DNA of 64,000 bases from Escherichia coli (GTDB lineage: Bacteria; Pseudomonadota; Gammaproteobacteria; Enterobacterales; Enterobacteriaceae): assembly GCF_013315695.1 (NCBI RefSeq), contig NZ_CP054353.1; one strand, 5' to 3'. Made by a program: the position numbers and the translations under genes. Shown piece after piece: positions 12,185 to 24,628 of this stretch; within the stretch, counting starts at the first letter, position 1, and each line of letters opens with the position of its first letter. The notes under the pieces are model-generated. The model was given only the letters and a program-made list of their open reading frames with translations, did no database searches and was not told the origin of the DNA.

Positions 12185-13185
12185 TAATAATAGACCGGAC
12201 GAAATCCCCCCGGTGACAGCGAGCGGCGGATATGTTCGCGGTCGGCATTTTTCGGCGTCAGAACTAAAATCGGTGGGCTGACATTATCAGACACCGATTG
12301 CCCCTGTAATTGCCTGATGGCCTGCTCAACCGCCAGTTCCCCCTGCCAGACCATTTGATCGCTGGCAGCCATAATCACTCTTCCCCGCTTCAGCCCGCGA
12401 TACACCTGATGTGAAAGATAAAACGACACCACGGTAAGCGGTGTTTTCAGGTTACGCCCTTCCCCCATTGCCGCCTCTGCCGCAATGGCCGTTCCGGCAA
12501 CGACGTCGATTTCTGGATGGCGCTCCAGCATCTCCTGCAACAGGTTACGCTGGATTTCAATATCGTTATCACCGAGCGCAATATCAACAATACGTACCGG
12601 ACTTCCGGCAATGGCTGCGCGAAAACCCTCTACCATCTCCTTACTGCCCCCGGCGTTATCGGGGCCGGGCATCAACAGCACGTTCAGTGGTTTACCGTGC
12701 GCCCATTGCACCAGATATCGCCCTGGTTGATAGCCCATCTGAAACCAGGGCACACCAACGCGGCTTTTCATCTGGGGAGCATCAATAGCATTCACCAGTT
12801 CGATCACCGGCAGATTTGCTACCTGCTTTTGCAGATCGGGAAATGACGTCGTGCTACTACCGAGCAAAATGGCCTCTGCGCCCCACTGTTTACACTGGTC
12901 GATTTGTGCTTGCTGCGTAGCCAACTGGCTGTAGCCGCCTGCCTCCAGCACTTTTAAATCCACACCGTAGCGGCGAGCAGCCTCCTGCATACCATAGTTC
13001 AACGATAACCAGTATGAATCTTTCAGGCTGGGATAAAGCGCGCACAGTTTCCATGCGCGTTTGGCTTTAAGCGGCGTAGAGGCTTGCACCGTGTAATGCT
13101 GCGCATCATGCCAGCGCAACAGGTTATCAGCCGAAAATGCCGATAACATGAAAAGGGAAAGAAGTAACAATAGCAGTACGCGCAT
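12157..13185 (-). CDS. torT: Periplasmic TMAO-binding sensor partner
   Basis: 342-aa ORF with signal peptide and periplasmic binding protein fold; 28-bp 3' overlap with torR. Confidence 0.93.
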
Positions 13186-13267
13186 GATAGCCTCATCAAT
13201 AATAAGGCTTTATGCTAGATGCATTCCGCTTTGCGACTCAACCTTTTTCACCTTAAGTGCACCGACC

Positions 13268-16012
13268 GTGAATTTAACCCTGACCCGAAGACTCTGGATG
13301 GGCTTTGCCCTGATGGCGCTGTTAACCCTGACCAGTACCCTGGTGGGATGGTACAACCTGCGCTTTATCAGCCAGGTGGAAAAAGACAACACTCAGGCAT
13401 TGATTCCTACCATGAATATGGCGCGCCAGTTGAGCGAAGCCAGCGCCTGGGAACTTTTCGCCGCGCAGAACCTGACCAGTGCCGATAACGAAAAGATGTG
13501 GCAGGCGCAGGGGCGAATGCTCACCGCACAAAGCCTGAAGATTAATGCGTTGCTGCAAGCGTTACGGGAACAAGGTTTTGATACCACCGCTATTGAACAA
13601 CAGGAGCAGGAGATCTCCCGTTCGTTACGTCAGCAAGGGGAACTGGTGGGGCAGCGTTTGCAACTGCGCCAGCAACAACAGCGACTCAGTCAGCAGATAG
13701 TCGCCGCCGCCGATGAAATCGCACGCCTGGCGCAAGGTCAGGCGAATAATGCGGCAACTTCCGCCGGAGCGACCCAGGCCGGGATTTACGATTTGATCGA
13801 ACAACATCAGCGTCAGGCCGCAGAAAGTGCACTCGATCGGCTGATTGATATCGATCTTGAGTATGTTAACCAGATGAATGAACTGCGCCTTAGCGCCCTG
13901 CGGGTGCAGCAAATGGTGATGAATCTTGGGCTGGAGCAGATCCAGAAAAATGCAGCAACGCTGGAACACCAGCTCAATAATGCGGTGAAAATTCTGCAAC
14001 GTCGGCAAATACGCATTGAAGATCCGGGAGTTCGTGCTCAGGTCGCAACAACGTTAACTACCGTTAGCCAATATAGCGATTTGCTGGCGCTGTATCAGCA
14101 GGACAGTGAAATCAGCAATCGCCTGCAAACTCTCGCCCAAAATAACATCGCCCAGTTCGCGCAGTTTAGTAGCGAAGTCAGTCAGCTGGTCGACACCATT
14201 GAGCTGCGTAATCAGCACGGACTGGCGCATCTGGAAAAAGCCAGTGCACGCGGGCAATACAGCCTGTTATTGCTGGGGATGGTTTCACTTTGCGCACTGA
14301 TTCTGATCCTCTGGCGCGTGGTTTATCGCTCAGTCACGCGTCCACTTGCCGAACAAACGCAGGCGCTGCAACGGCTGCTGGACGGTGATATCAACTCCCC
14401 TTTCCCGGAAACCGCTGGCGTGCGGGAGCTGGACACCATCGGGCGGCTGATGGATGCGTTTCGCAGCAGTGTTCATGCACTGAATCGCCACCGTGAACAG
14501 CTGGCGGCGCAGGTCAAAGCGCGTACAGCTGAATTGCAGGAACTGGTGATAGAACACCGACAGGCACGGGCGGAAGCAGAAAAAGCCAGCCAGGCAAAAT
14601 CGGCGTTTCTGGCGGCGATGAGCCATGAGATCCGCACACCGCTGTACGGTATTCTCGGCACCGCACAGCTACTGGCAGATAACCCCGCACTTTGTGCCCA
14701 GCGTGATGATTTGCGGGCAATTACCGACTCTGGCGAATCGTTGCTGACCATCCTCAACGATATTCTCGATTATTCGGCTATCGAAGCAGGTGGCAAGAAT
14801 GTTTCGGTCAGCGATGAACCCTTTGAACCGCGCCCGCTGCTGGAAAGTACCCTGCAATTAATGAGCGGACGGGTGAAAGGTCGCCCGATTTGCCTGGCAA
14901 CTAAAATTGCCGACGATGTCCCGAGCGCGTTAATGGGCGATCCGCGACGTATTCGTCAGGTTATAACCAACCTGTTGAGCAACGCCCTGCGTTTTACTGA
15001 CGAAGGGCAGATCGTTTTACGTAGCCGCACTGATGGCGAGCAATGGCTGGTCGAAGTGGAAGACAGCGGCTGCGGTATTGATCCCGCGAAACTGGCAGAA
15101 ATCTTCCAGCCATTTGTGCAGGTAAGCGGCAAACGCGGCGGCACCGGGCTGGGGCTGACTATCAGTAGCCGTCTGGCCCAGGCGATGGGTGGCGAACTGA
15201 ACGCCATCAGCACGCTGGAGGCTGGAAGCTGTTTTTGTTTACGTTTGCCGTTACGTGTTGCCACTGCACCCGTGCCAAAAACAGTCAATCAGGCGGTGCG
15301 TCTGGACGGTTTACGTTTGCTGTTAATTGAAGATAACCCGCTAACCCAGCGGATTACCGTTGAGATGTTGAACAGCAGTGGGGCGCAGGTCGTTGCGGTA
15401 GGAAATGCCGCGCACGCGATAGAGACGTTGCAAAATAGCGAACCGTTTGCTGCCGCACTGGTGGATTTTGATCTGCCGGATATCGACGGCATTACGCTTG
15501 CCCGGCAACTGGCACAGCAATATCCGTCGCTGGTTTTGATTGGCTTTAGCGCTCATGTCATCGACGAAACGTTGCGCCAGCGTACCAGTTCATTATTTCG
15601 CGGGATTATCCCTAAACCGGTTCCGCGTGAAGTGCTCGGTCAGTTACTGGCGCACTATCTCCAACTGCAAGTCAATAACGATCAACCGCTGGATGTATCG
15701 CAACTCAATGAAGATGCTCAGTTGATGGGGACGGAGAAGATCCACGAATGGCTGATATTATTTAAACAACATGCCCTGCCGCTTCTCGATGAAATCGACA
15801 TTGCCCGCGCCAGCCAGAACAGCGAAAAAATAAAGCGTGCCGCACATCAGCTAAAAAGCAGTTGCTCAAGTCTGGGAATGCGTAGCGCCAGCCAGCTTTG
15901 CGCACAACTGGAGCAGCAGCCATTATCTGCCCCCCTTCCACATGAAGAAATTACACGCAGTGTTGCCGCTCTGGAAGCATGGTTGAATAAGAAAGACCTG
16001 AACGCGATTTGA
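13268..16012 (+). CDS. torS: Hybrid sensor histidine kinase for TMAO
   Basis: HisKA, ATPase, receiver and HPt regions recognisable; GTG start at 13268 chosen to give the 914-aa product beginning [10 protein letters not shown] rather than the upstream ATG at 13148. Confidence 0.9.
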   Translation: MNLTLTRRLWMGFALMALLTLTSTLVGWYNLRFISQVEKDNTQALIPTMNMARQLSEASAWELFAAQNLTSADNEKMWQAQGRMLTAQSLKINALLQALREQGFDTTAIEQQEQEISRSLRQQGELVGQRLQLRQQQQRLSQQIVAAADEIARLAQGQANNAATSAGATQAGIYDLIEQHQRQAAESALDRLIDIDLEYVNQMNELRLSALRVQQMVMNLGLEQIQKNAATLEHQLNNAVKILQRRQIRIEDPGVRAQVATTLTTVSQYSDLLALYQQDSEISNRLQTLAQNNIAQFAQFSSEVSQLVDTIELRNQHGLAHLEKASARGQYSLLLLGMVSLCALILILWRVVYRSVTRPLAEQTQALQRLLDGDINSPFPETAGVRELDTIGRLMDAFRSSVHALNRHREQLAAQVKARTAELQELVIEHRQARAEAEKASQAKSAFLAAMSHEIRTPLYGILGTAQLLADNPALCAQRDDLRAITDSGESLLTILNDILDYSAIEAGGKNVSVSDEPFEPRPLLESTLQLMSGRVKGRPICLATKIADDVPSALMGDPRRIRQVITNLLSNALRFTDEGQIVLRSRTDGEQWLVEVEDSGCGIDPAKLAEIFQPFVQVSGKRGGTGLGLTISSRLAQAMGGELNAISTLEAGSCFCLRLPLRVATAPVPKTVNQAVRLDGLRLLLIEDNPLTQRITVEMLNSSGAQVVAVGNAAHAIETLQNSEPFAAALVDFDLPDIDGITLARQLAQQYPSLVLIGFSAHVIDETLRQRTSSLFRGIIPKPVPREVLGQLLAHYLQLQVNNDQPLDVSQLNEDAQLMGTEKIHEWLILFKQHALPLLDEIDIARASQNSEKIKRAAHQLKSSCSSLGMRSASQLCAQLEQQPLSAPLPHEEITRSVAALEAWLNKKDLNAI

Positions 16013-16083
16013 ATCAATATCAGCCAGTTAAGAACAACTAGAATAGTGGCATTTGGTATGCAACTTAACGGACTGGCAAAATC

Positions 16084-17157
16084 ATGACAGAGAAAAGAAG
16101 AACCCGCTGGCAGCGGCGGCCAGGCACGACGGGCGGCAAATTACCGTGGAATGACTGGCGCAATGCCACGACCTGGCGTAAAGCGACGCAATTATTGCTG
16201 TTGGCAATGAATATTTATATTGCCATCACGTTCTGGTATTGGGTGCGCTATTACGAAACGGCAGGTAGTACGACATTTGTCGCCAGACCGGGAGGTATCG
16301 AAGGCTGGCTACCGATTGCCGGTCTGATGAATCTGAAATATAGCCTTGCAACAGGTCAGTTACCGTCCGTCCACGCCGCCGCGATGCTGTTATTGGTCGC
16401 TTTTATCGTCATCAGTCTATTACTCAAAAAGGCCTTTTGCTCATGGTTATGCCCGGTTGGTACGCTTTCTGAATTAATCGGCGATCTCGGTAACAAACTG
16501 TTTGGTCGGCAATGTGTCCTTCCCCGCTGGCTGGATATTCCTCTGCGCGGTGTAAAGTATTTGCTGTTGAGTTTTTTTCTCTATATCGCGTTATTGATGC
16601 CCGCTCAGGCGATTCACTATTTTATGTTGTCGCCCTACAGCGTGGTGATGGACGTTAAAATGCTCGATTTCTTTCGTCATATGGGGACCGCGACATTAAT
16701 CAGCGTGACCGTTTTGCTGATTGCCAGCCTGTTTATTCGCCATGCCTGGTGTCGTTATCTTTGCCCATATGGCGCGCTGATGGGCGTGGTTTCGCTATTA
16801 TCGCCGTTTAAGATTCGTCGCAATGCCGAAAGTTGTATCGACTGTGGCAAATGCGCAAAAAATTGCCCATCACGGATCCCGGTAGATAAATTAATTCAGG
16901 TACGAACAGTGGAATGTACCGGCTGTATGACTTGCGTAGAGTCATGTCCGGTAGCCTCAACATTGACCTTTTCACTGCAAAAACCTGCGGCAAATAAAAA
17001 AGCCTTTGCGTTGTCTGGCTGGTTAATGACGCTACTGGTTCTGGGGATTATGTTTGCGGTGATTGGTTACGCAATGTATGCGGGAGTATGGCAAAGCCCG
17101 GTGCCGCAGGAATTGTACCGACGCTTAATTCCGCAAGCGCCAATGATTGGTCACTAA
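16084..17157 (+). CDS. yccM: Membrane 4Fe-4S ferredoxin-type protein
   Basis: 357-aa ORF with multiple TM segments and CxxCxxCxxxCP motifs. Confidence 0.85.
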   Translation: MTEKRRTRWQRRPGTTGGKLPWNDWRNATTWRKATQLLLLAMNIYIAITFWYWVRYYETAGSTTFVARPGGIEGWLPIAGLMNLKYSLATGQLPSVHAAAMLLLVAFIVISLLLKKAFCSWLCPVGTLSELIGDLGNKLFGRQCVLPRWLDIPLRGVKYLLLSFFLYIALLMPAQAIHYFMLSPYSVVMDVKMLDFFRHMGTATLISVTVLLIASLFIRHAWCRYLCPYGALMGVVSLLSPFKIRRNAESCIDCGKCAKNCPSRIPVDKLIQVRTVECTGCMTCVESCPVASTLTFSLQKPAANKKAFALSGWLMTLLVLGIMFAVIGYAMYAGVWQSPVPQELYRRLIPQAPMIGH

Positions 17158-17205
17158 ATTAGCAACAAGCGGAACATCACCTCGCACGGGGTGATGTTCA
17201 CAAAA

Positions 17206-17379
17206 TCACATTATTTTGATTTTGACATCATAACTTTCAAGCCCGGTCATTTTTTCTCGTGCGGTGAAGCGAATTTCAGAGACTTCTTTCCCTGTATTCT
17301 TGTTCAGTTCGGCGATTTTTTGCGCGATAAAGTCAGCGATTTCCGTTTCGGCTTGTTTTTTTAACTCTTCAATATTCAC
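17206..17379 (-). CDS. gnsA: GnsA small protein, 57 aa (below ORF-track cutoff)
   Basis: Reverse-strand translation (V/M)NIEELKKQAETEIADFIAQKIAELNKNTGKEVSEIRFTAREKMTGLESYDVKIKIM, GTG start. Confidence 0.8.
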   Translation of the reverse strand: MNIEELKKQAETEIADFIAQKIAELNKNTGKEVSEIRFTAREKMTGLESYDVKIKIM

Positions 17380-17599
17380 TGTTAACCTCTTCTGGTCTTA
17401 AATGACAGCAACACGCCAGTAAGGTGTTGGTTCCCGGTACCCTGGTCAGGTAAGAAATGTTATAAGCCATCTCCCCGAAAGATTCAATAATCAACAGGTT
17501 ATCGCTTACTATACATACAACGTTGAAGAAAAATAAGGCAGATATAAAAAAGGCTCCACGAGGGAGCCTGATATTATTTTGTGAAATCCAGCGGCGCAT
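17369..17599 (-). CDS. ymcE: Small predicted protein YmcE (76 aa); existence as a real gene is uncertain
   Basis: Internal Met of ORF 17369..17632 gives MRRWISQNNIRLPRGAFFISALFFFNVV... Confidence 0.5.
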   Translation of the reverse strand: MRRWISQNNIRLPRGAFFISALFFFNVVCIVSDNLLIIESFGEMAYNISYLTRVPGTNTLLACCCHLRPEEVNSEY

Positions 17600-17772
17600 G
17601 CTCAGTGCGTATTTGCAGCGCGACGTTATCAAAGGTGATCATCGTCGATTTACAAAAAATACACTTTGCCCCTAAAGGATTTCGCTCCGTCACATCGAAT
17701 GCCGATGTGCGGTACTGTGAACCATGACAACATGGACAGCGGAAATGGAGATGTTGAGTAATAACGGCAACC

Positions 17773-17985
17773 TTAGAGCGTAACAACGTTCGCTGCCGCG
17801 GGACCACGTTGCCCCTGCTCAATAGAAAATTCAACTTTCTGATTTTCGTTCAGCGTGCGGAATTCATTGCTCTGGATGGCGGTGAAATGGACGAAAACGT
17901 CTTTGCTGCCATCATCAGGAGTGATAAAGCCAAAACCTTTATCTGCGTTAAACCATTTTACTAAACCAGTCATTTTATTAGACAT
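17773..17985 (-). CDS. cspG: Cold-shock protein CspG
   Basis: 70-aa [26 protein letters not shown]... with cold-shock domain RNP motifs. Confidence 0.93.
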   Translation of the reverse strand: MSNKMTGLVKWFNADKGFGFITPDDGSKDVFVHFTAIQSNEFRTLNENQKVEFSIEQGQRGPAAANVVTL

Positions 17986-18270
17986 ATTTTACTTCCTTCA
18001 TTTTGGGCCTTTCGGCAAACAGGGCTTTAATACAGAAACTACTTAGTGTTCAGGAGAGAGACTCAAAAGAAGGGGATAATGCCTGATAATGAGAACTGCT
18101 TTAGTAAACTACTTTGTATGCTGTCTGTCTTTCAAACCGACGCAGCTATTAACGCATGATAATTGAGATTAAGCAAATTTTATTTTAGCCGTCCGGCGGT
18201 CTTAAATATCGCTGGCTTTATTTTATTAACCCCGTATAGTGCAGCGCAGTATTTTCAGTAAGGAATTTGT

Positions 18271-18483
18271 TTGTCCCGTAAAATGACAGGAATTGTCAAA
18301 ACCTTTGATCGCAAAAGCGGCAAAGGATTCATTATCCCCTCCGACGGTCGTAAAGAAGTCCAGGTCCATATTTCCGCATTCACTCCCCGCGACGCAGAAG
18401 TGCTTATACCAGGATTACGCGTGGAATTTTGCCGCGTAAATGGCCTGCGAGGACCAACAGCGGCAAATGTTTATTTGTCTTGA
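18271..18483 (+). CDS. cspH: CspA-family protein CspH
   Basis: 70-aa [29 protein letters not shown]..., TTG start; divergent from cspG. Confidence 0.9.
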
Positions 18484-19781
18484 TGGAGAGCGCACGCTGG
18501 TATGCGTGCTTCATTCACGATTTGCGTAAAACCTGCCAACGAACACATGCCCTGCGCATTTCGCTCTTCACATCCTGCCAGGGTCAGTTTCACCTCTCCG
18601 GGCGGCGTATTTAATGACAGCGGCGTTTTATCACGCATCTGCTGTAAAGTCTGGAAGACCAGCGAAACCTGAATCCAATGGCTGTTATCGCTTAGCCTAC
18701 GCCAGCGTTCAAACACCAGTTCCCCCCCTGGCGGTGTGTTATCCGGCTGACCTGGAAGCGTCCAGTTGAGCTCCAGTGCGCCGCCGAGATTTGCCAGATT
18801 AGTATCGTGTCCGGCGATAAACAGCACTGAAGTGGGTAATGTCACACCATACACCTGTTTTTGCAGTGGATGGGGCGTCAACGCTGTCATGATCAAATCC
18901 AACAACGGGGTGGCGCGGCTGCGGGCAACCTCTGGCGTGCGTTGTAGCAAATAAAACTGCGCGTTATGCAGGCTTAGCAAGGTGTTCCACTGGTGTGAAT
19001 CGGTGATCCTTCCCCACCCCGGCTCCGGCATTCCCTGTGCTTGTTGCAGGAGAAATATCTCCGTAAGCATTGACGCTAGGCTTACCGCACCGGTTAATGA
19101 GACATTGTCGGCGCTCACCTTGAGTTCCGATGGTAATGCCTGCGTTAATGAACAGCTTTCGTCCTGTTTCTCACGGTTAAGGCACAAGTTTGATTGCGGA
19201 AAATTAAGCACCCGTTCCAGTTCGCGAAACGCCGTTTGCCGATGCCCGGTAAAGTCAGCAATTGACCCTCCTGCCCTGCTGAGGATCGCGTCAGTCACGT
19301 TCGCATTATCCAGTTGGCAAACGCCAGTTTTTAGAGGATTAAATAACGGATCGGGACTGGACGTATCTGCCTGGGTATGTACGGTTATTGCACAGTCAGG
19401 TGCCAGCCCGGCGGCGAAGGCTTCGCCTGTTTTACGGGTACGCTCGTCGACATCAGCAATAATCGCGACCTGACCAGGCTGCGGGCAGCCCTTTTTCGCC
19501 AGCAATCCGTCAGCCACCAGACGCTGGCGTTGGTAATGTCCAAGATAAGCGATTAGCTCACCACCGCGCGGTGTCAGCCAACCCAGTTTTACCGGCCAGG
19601 TTGGCCATGCGTCTGGGGTGACATCCTGCATCAGTTGCGTGGCCTTGGTTGGAGCACGCACACCATGACGACTGACAATCACCACACTTTCCAGCTTCAG
19701 CTCCGGCTCACTCTGAGCGAATGCAGATTGCGGGGTGAACGGAATCAGAAGAGATAAGAATGGGATTAAGATCGCTTTCAT
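18471..19781 (-). CDS. appA: Periplasmic phytase / acid phosphatase AppA with a variant C-terminus
   Basis: Start at [22 protein letters not shown] signal peptide; RHGVRAP active-site motif; ends ...[13 protein letters not shown]; 3' end overlaps cspH by 13 bp. Confidence 0.93.
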
Positions 19782-19860
19782 CGATATGTTTCCGCTTTTC
19801 ATATCTGACATTATTGATTGCCTGATGCGATGCTAATGCGCCACATCAGGCTTACGTTCG

Positions 19861-19953
19861 TTAACTTTTCAGACGCGGGTCCAGCCATACCAACACAAGG
19901 GTGGAGAGCGAACACATCAACAAAATGCCGACGAACCAAAGTAAATACCACAT
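19861..19953 (-). CDS. appX: Cytochrome bd-II accessory small membrane protein (30 aa, below cutoff)
   Basis: Reverse-strand translation MWYLLWFVGILLMCSLSTLVLVWLDPRLKS between appB and appA. Confidence 0.75.
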   Translation of the reverse strand: MWYLLWFVGILLMCSLSTLVLVWLDPRLKS

Positions 19954-19965
19954 TGTTCCTGCTCC

Positions 19966-21102
19966 TTAGTACAGCTCGTTTTCGTTACGGCGGAGAGTTT
20001 CTGTCGTCATGCGTCCCCACATTTTGTAGTAGCTCCAGAGAGTGTAGAGCAACACAATAGGCAAAAATATCAGCACGATTACCAACATAATGCTCAGCGT
20101 CAGCTGGCTGGAAGTGCTGTCCCACAACGTCAGGCTGGAGATTGGACTCACGCTTGACGGCATGACAAAGGGGAACAGCGTGATGCCTGCCGTGAAAATC
20201 ACGCCAAATTGCATCAATGATGCCATCAAAAATCCCCAACCCGGGCGACCACGATAAATCGCCATCACCGTCAGCAATGGGCAGAAGAACCCCAGCAGCG
20301 GGAAGATCCACAAAACGGGCGATTCGACAAAATTATTCATCCAGGCACCAGGTAGCACTGCCACCAGTTTCATTAACGGATTGGAAGGACCGTTAGCATC
20401 CTGGGCGAGCAGTACAAAGCCATCAATACCGACCCACAGCCAGTAACCCGCCAGCAAAAAGCACAGCATCACCAACAGTGCAGCCCGTTTAGTCGCCAGC
20501 TGTGAACGCAGATGAATCACACCAACAGTTTTCAGTTGTAACCAGACGCCACCTTGCAAAATCACCATCCCAAGACTGAGCAATCCACACAATAAAGGGA
20601 ATGGCGTCAGCAGTTGCCAGAAGCTGCCGAGATATTCCACGCGTAATTGCGGTGTGAAGGCAAACGGCACACCGAGCAGCAAGTTGCCGAATGCAATACC
20701 GAAGACTACCGGCGGCACCAGACTGCCGATGACCAGTCCGGCATCCCACATTTTACGCCAGCGTGCATCGGCAATTTTTCCGCGATAATCAAAGGCCAGC
20801 GGGCGGAAGAACAGCGAGCACAGCACCAGAATCATCGCCACATAAAAGCCGGAAAACGCCGCTGCATACACTCTGGGCCAGGCGGCAAATAATGCCCCAC
20901 CTGCGAGGATCAACCAGACCTGATTGCCTTCCCAGTGCGCGCCAACGCTGTTTATCACTATCCGACGTTCATCATCATTACGCGCCACCAGCGGCAGCAG
21001 ACAGCCGATCCCCATGTCAAATCCGTCGGAGACCATAAAGACCACCAGGATCACGCCAATCAGCAGCCACCAGATGAAGCGCAATGTTTCATAATCAAAC
21101 AT
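19966..21102 (-). CDS. appB: Cytochrome bd-II ubiquinol oxidase subunit II
   Basis: 378-aa polytopic membrane [23 protein letters not shown]... Confidence 0.95.
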   Translation of the reverse strand: MFDYETLRFIWWLLIGVILVVFMVSDGFDMGIGCLLPLVARNDDERRIVINSVGAHWEGNQVWLILAGGALFAAWPRVYAAAFSGFYVAMILVLCSLFFRPLAFDYRGKIADARWRKMWDAGLVIGSLVPPVVFGIAFGNLLLGVPFAFTPQLRVEYLGSFWQLLTPFPLLCGLLSLGMVILQGGVWLQLKTVGVIHLRSQLATKRAALLVMLCFLLAGYWLWVGIDGFVLLAQDANGPSNPLMKLVAVLPGAWMNNFVESPVLWIFPLLGFFCPLLTVMAIYRGRPGWGFLMASLMQFGVIFTAGITLFPFVMPSSVSPISSLTLWDSTSSQLTLSIMLVIVLIFLPIVLLYTLWSYYKMWGRMTTETLRRNENELY

Positions 21103-21113
21103 GATTTTCTCCT

Positions 21114-22658
21114 TTACCCCTGTTGCTGCGTCGGTTGTTCACTCTGCATCGCGCTCGGCCCCAGACGGGCATATTTCTGCATCAGGTAGACTTCGGCGAT
21201 TAAGAACAGGGTGTAAAGCCCTACGATCATGATCAGTGAGAAAGCCAGTTGTCCTGTGGTTAAGGCGGAGTGTGCGGAGTATGTCGGTAAGATATCCTGT
21301 ATCGCCCACGGCTGACGACCAAACTCGGTCATAAACCACCCGGCTTCAATCGCAATCCACGGCAGCGGCAAACTCCAGAGCGCCATTTTCAGCACCCAGC
21401 GATGCTGGTCGATTTTGCAACGCAGCGTCTGGACAAGCGCAATCAGCATCACCAGTAACAGCAGAGAACCACAGCCCACCATGATGCGGAAACTCCAGAA
21501 TACCGGCGCAACCTGAGGTATCGCGCCACGCATCGCCGCCTGGTACTGTGCGGCTGTGACATGATTCATATCCGGCGCATAGCGGGAGAGCAACATGCCG
21601 TAACCCAGGTCGCCTTCCAGCTCCCGGAATGCCTGCAACACATGCGGCTCACGATTGCCTTGCGATATTTCCTGCATTAACAGCCAGGCCATACGTCCGC
21701 GTTGCAAGCGTGGGTAGGTTTCAGCCATCAAATTCTTCAGACCCGGCACGGGTTTATCTAATGAGTGAGTGGCGAGGATCCCTAGCAGCGCGGGAATTTT
21801 GATGGCAAAGGCGTTACGCTCTTGATCCTGTTCCGGCCAGGCAACCACATGGAACGGTGCAGGTGCAGGTTCTGTTTGCCACTCCCCTTCCATCGCCGCC
21901 AGTTTTACCGGTTGTACTTGCGCGACTTCATACGCAGAACTGTCTCCGAGTTGCAGCGTACCGATAATCGCCAGAGTACCGAAGACGGAACCGATGGCAA
22001 ACGAGCGTAATGCGACATCGCGCTCCCGTCCGCGCAGTAAATACCAGGCGCTGATCGCCATAATAAACATGGCCCCGGTCACGCATCCCGCCATTACGGT
22101 GTGCACAAATTTCACCTGGCTGACCGGGTTAAAGACCAACTCGCTGAAACTGGTCATCTCCATACGCAGGGTGTCGATATCAAAATGCGCACCGGTCGGG
22201 TATTGCATCCAACCGTTGGCATTCAATATCCACAATGCAGAGAGATTTGAACCGAACGCCACCAGCCACGTCACCAGCAGGTGCTGGTATTTATTCAGCC
22301 GTTGCCAGCCGAAGAAGAACAGCCCGACAAAGGTGGATTCGAGGAAGAAGGCCATTAATGCTTCCATTGCCAGCGGTGCGCCAAAAATATCGCCCACATA
22401 GTTGGAATAGAATGACCAATTAGTACCAAACTGAAACTCCATGGTCAGGCCGGTAGCCACGCCAAGAGCAAAGTTGATACCGAAGAGCTTACCCCAGAAG
22501 CGCGTCATATCGCGGTAGATTGTTTTGCCGGTGACCACGTAAATGGTTTCCATGATAGCCAGCAAAGAAATCAGCCCCAGGGTAAGGGGTACAAATAAAA
22601 AGTGATACAGCGCGGTCAGAGCAAACTGCCAGCGCGATAAATCAATGACATCCCACAT
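21114..22658 (-). CDS. appC: Cytochrome bd-II ubiquinol oxidase subunit I
   Basis: Starts [31 protein letters not shown]-track start is 2 codons upstream. Confidence 0.95.
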   Translation of the reverse strand: MWDVIDLSRWQFALTALYHFLFVPLTLGLISLLAIMETIYVVTGKTIYRDMTRFWGKLFGINFALGVATGLTMEFQFGTNWSFYSNYVGDIFGAPLAMEALMAFFLESTFVGLFFFGWQRLNKYQHLLVTWLVAFGSNLSALWILNANGWMQYPTGAHFDIDTLRMEMTSFSELVFNPVSQVKFVHTVMAGCVTGAMFIMAISAWYLLRGRERDVALRSFAIGSVFGTLAIIGTLQLGDSSAYEVAQVQPVKLAAMEGEWQTEPAPAPFHVVAWPEQDQERNAFAIKIPALLGILATHSLDKPVPGLKNLMAETYPRLQRGRMAWLLMQEISQGNREPHVLQAFRELEGDLGYGMLLSRYAPDMNHVTAAQYQAAMRGAIPQVAPVFWSFRIMVGCGSLLLLVMLIALVQTLRCKIDQHRWVLKMALWSLPLPWIAIEAGWFMTEFGRQPWAIQDILPTYSAHSALTTGQLAFSLIMIVGLYTLFLIAEVYLMQKYARLGPSAMQSEQPTQQQG

Positions 22659-22791
22659 GCGCACTCCTGTAGGCGAAGAGAGAAAAATAACCCGATAATG
22701 GTAGATCTCCCTCTTTATCCTGAAACTCTACGACCAGAGGTATTCGCCGATTGCGATATTCATAAGACTGAAAGCGATACTTACCGTCTTT

Positions 22792-23649
22792 TTACGTCGG
22801 TGCACCTTCCGCCAGCCACTGACATACCTCGCTAAGCCGCTGCGCAGAGTCGACCAAATCTTCTGGCGCTGCCAGCACCACTTCCGGTATTGGGCAGATT
22901 TCATAACTTTCCAGTAACGGGCCTTTTAAGGTGTCCGTACAGCGTAAATGCCAGACATGGCGTAACCCCGTGGCGTTGATATAGCTCTCGCCATAGCCAA
23001 TGGTACGAATCTGAATATTTCCCGGCCCACAGAGAAGTGAGAGAAAAAGCCGATCAGCCTCGCTGATGGGTAATTGCGTCAGATTAATGCTGTGCGGCTG
23101 CGCGTCGGGGTTACGTACATGCGCCAGTAACTCATGCGCCAACGGTAGGCCATTCATCAGGCCATCAATGGGCGGCGGTAACAGCGAATCTGTCGGCAAG
23201 ACGTTTTGCGTTGCCGCCTGCCACAATGCCAGCGGCGCGCAGCCAGCCTCCAGTTTGTCCTCCAGCAACTTGTCGCCGCGACGTCTGCGCACCCGCCATA
23301 ATCCGCAGAAGATCGCCTCCTGTATTTCACTTTCACTGTCGTCAGCCTGCTGTATGCGCACTGACACTTCCCCTTCCCCGAGAAGCGTATTGATAAAGTG
23401 ACGATCGTCGGCGTTGAGATTTAACAGATCGACTGCCAGCACCTCGCCCAACGGCGGCTGGCGTTCGCTTAGTTGATGTTGTAACTCGTTTAACAGCGCA
23501 ATCACCTGCGGGCTGTGAGCACATTGCTCCAGGGCCGCCATACTCGGTTCATCATTCACCTGACAGGTGATCGGCAGTGGATTCATGCTGAAACTGTCAT
23601 CGTTCGGTTGCGTTCCTGGCCCCAGCAGATGGAAAAAAGTTTCGCTCAT
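22792..23649 (-). CDS. hyaF: Hydrogenase-1 operon protein HyaF
   Basis: Internal start [11 protein letters not shown]...; 4-bp overlap with hyaE. Confidence 0.93.
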   Translation of the reverse strand: MSETFFHLLGPGTQPNDDSFSMNPLPITCQVNDEPSMAALEQCAHSPQVIALLNELQHQLSERQPPLGEVLAVDLLNLNADDRHFINTLLGEGEVSVRIQQADDSESEIQEAIFCGLWRVRRRRGDKLLEDKLEAGCAPLALWQAATQNVLPTDSLLPPPIDGLMNGLPLAHELLAHVRNPDAQPHSINLTQLPISEADRLFLSLLCGPGNIQIRTIGYGESYINATGLRHVWHLRCTDTLKGPLLESYEICPIPEVVLAAPEDLVDSAQRLSEVCQWLAEGAPT

Positions 23650-24044
23650 GAGGCACGCTCCTGTTGTGGTTCGACAAGCCCACGCATCAGGTTTATCAGT
23701 TCCGCCCACGGGTGAATACCATTCAGCACGCCGCGATAGTTTCCGCCGGTAAACACTAATGTGGCGGGAAAGCGAAAGACGCCAAAGCGATCGCCGATGG
23801 CTTCGCTCTGCTCAAGATCAGCAATCGCTACCTGCCATGTATAGTCGGGAAACTCGCGCAGTAATTCGCCAATCATGACCGGGTTATCGCTGACTTCTGG
23901 CGTGCGTTTCGGGTCACTACTTAATAACACCACGCCGTCTGGCGCTTGCGTAAGCCAGTCGTCAAGACGGCATTCACTGACCGGCGTCCAGCCGCGCGCC
24001 AGCATTCGTTGCCACAACGCATCAAATGGTGTGTCGTTGCTCAT
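23646..24044 (-). CDS. hyaE: Hydrogenase-1 operon protein HyaE
   Basis: 132-aa [25 protein letters not shown]... Confidence 0.93.
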   Translation of the reverse strand: MSNDTPFDALWQRMLARGWTPVSECRLDDWLTQAPDGVVLLSSDPKRTPEVSDNPVMIGELLREFPDYTWQVAIADLEQSEAIGDRFGVFRFPATLVFTGGNYRGVLNGIHPWAELINLMRGLVEPQQERAS

Positions 24045-24046
24045 CC

Positions 24047-24628
24047 CTATTCCTCCAGCCTCATCTTGTACTGGCGCAAGCGAACGCCTTCGTAGTTTTC
24101 CATCGACAGACAGTCATAATTGAGACAGCGCGATTCATTAGCCGGTTGCGGCTCAATTCCCCACGCAGCCAGTTGCGCCAGCGCCGCCTGTTCCGCGGCG
24201 GGCAGTTGCTCCCGAGCCAGTTCGCTCAGGCTACCGCCGTAGTCGTCGAGCATCGCGGGTTGCAGGCCGACGAGGGCAATATGTGCTGGCAGATTTCCGC
24301 GGATATCTGCCAGCGCCAGTACTTCGGAGAAACTGTTCTGGTGCAGGCTCATTTTCTTCGCGCTGAGATAGGCCGGAATGCGTTCTCCGGCATAGGTTCG
24401 CAGCGTTCCGGGTTCCAGCCCGTAATCAATGGCGTCGAGAATCAGCAAGTGGCTGGCGCTTTCGACATACCCCAGCAAGTTCAGTCCCTGAGTGCCGCCA
24501 TCAACAATCTCGACTTCATCGGGCCAGTGGTAATGGGCATACAGCCGTTCCGCCACCCGCACGCCGAAGCCTTCATCGGCCCACAGCAGGTTACCCAGCC
24601 CCATTACCACCACGCGTTGCTCGCTCAT
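24047..24628 (-). CDS. hyaD: Hydrogenase-1 maturation endopeptidase
   Basis: 193-aa [25 protein letters not shown]...; start overlaps the hyaC stop. Confidence 0.9.
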   Translation of the reverse strand: MSEQRVVVMGLGNLLWADEGFGVRVAERLYAHYHWPDEVEIVDGGTQGLNLLGYVESASHLLILDAIDYGLEPGTLRTYAGERIPAYLSAKKMSLHQNSFSEVLALADIRGNLPAHIALVGLQPAMLDDYGGSLSELAREQLPAAEQAALAQLAAWGIEPQPANESRCLNYDCLSMENYEGVRLRQYKMRLEE

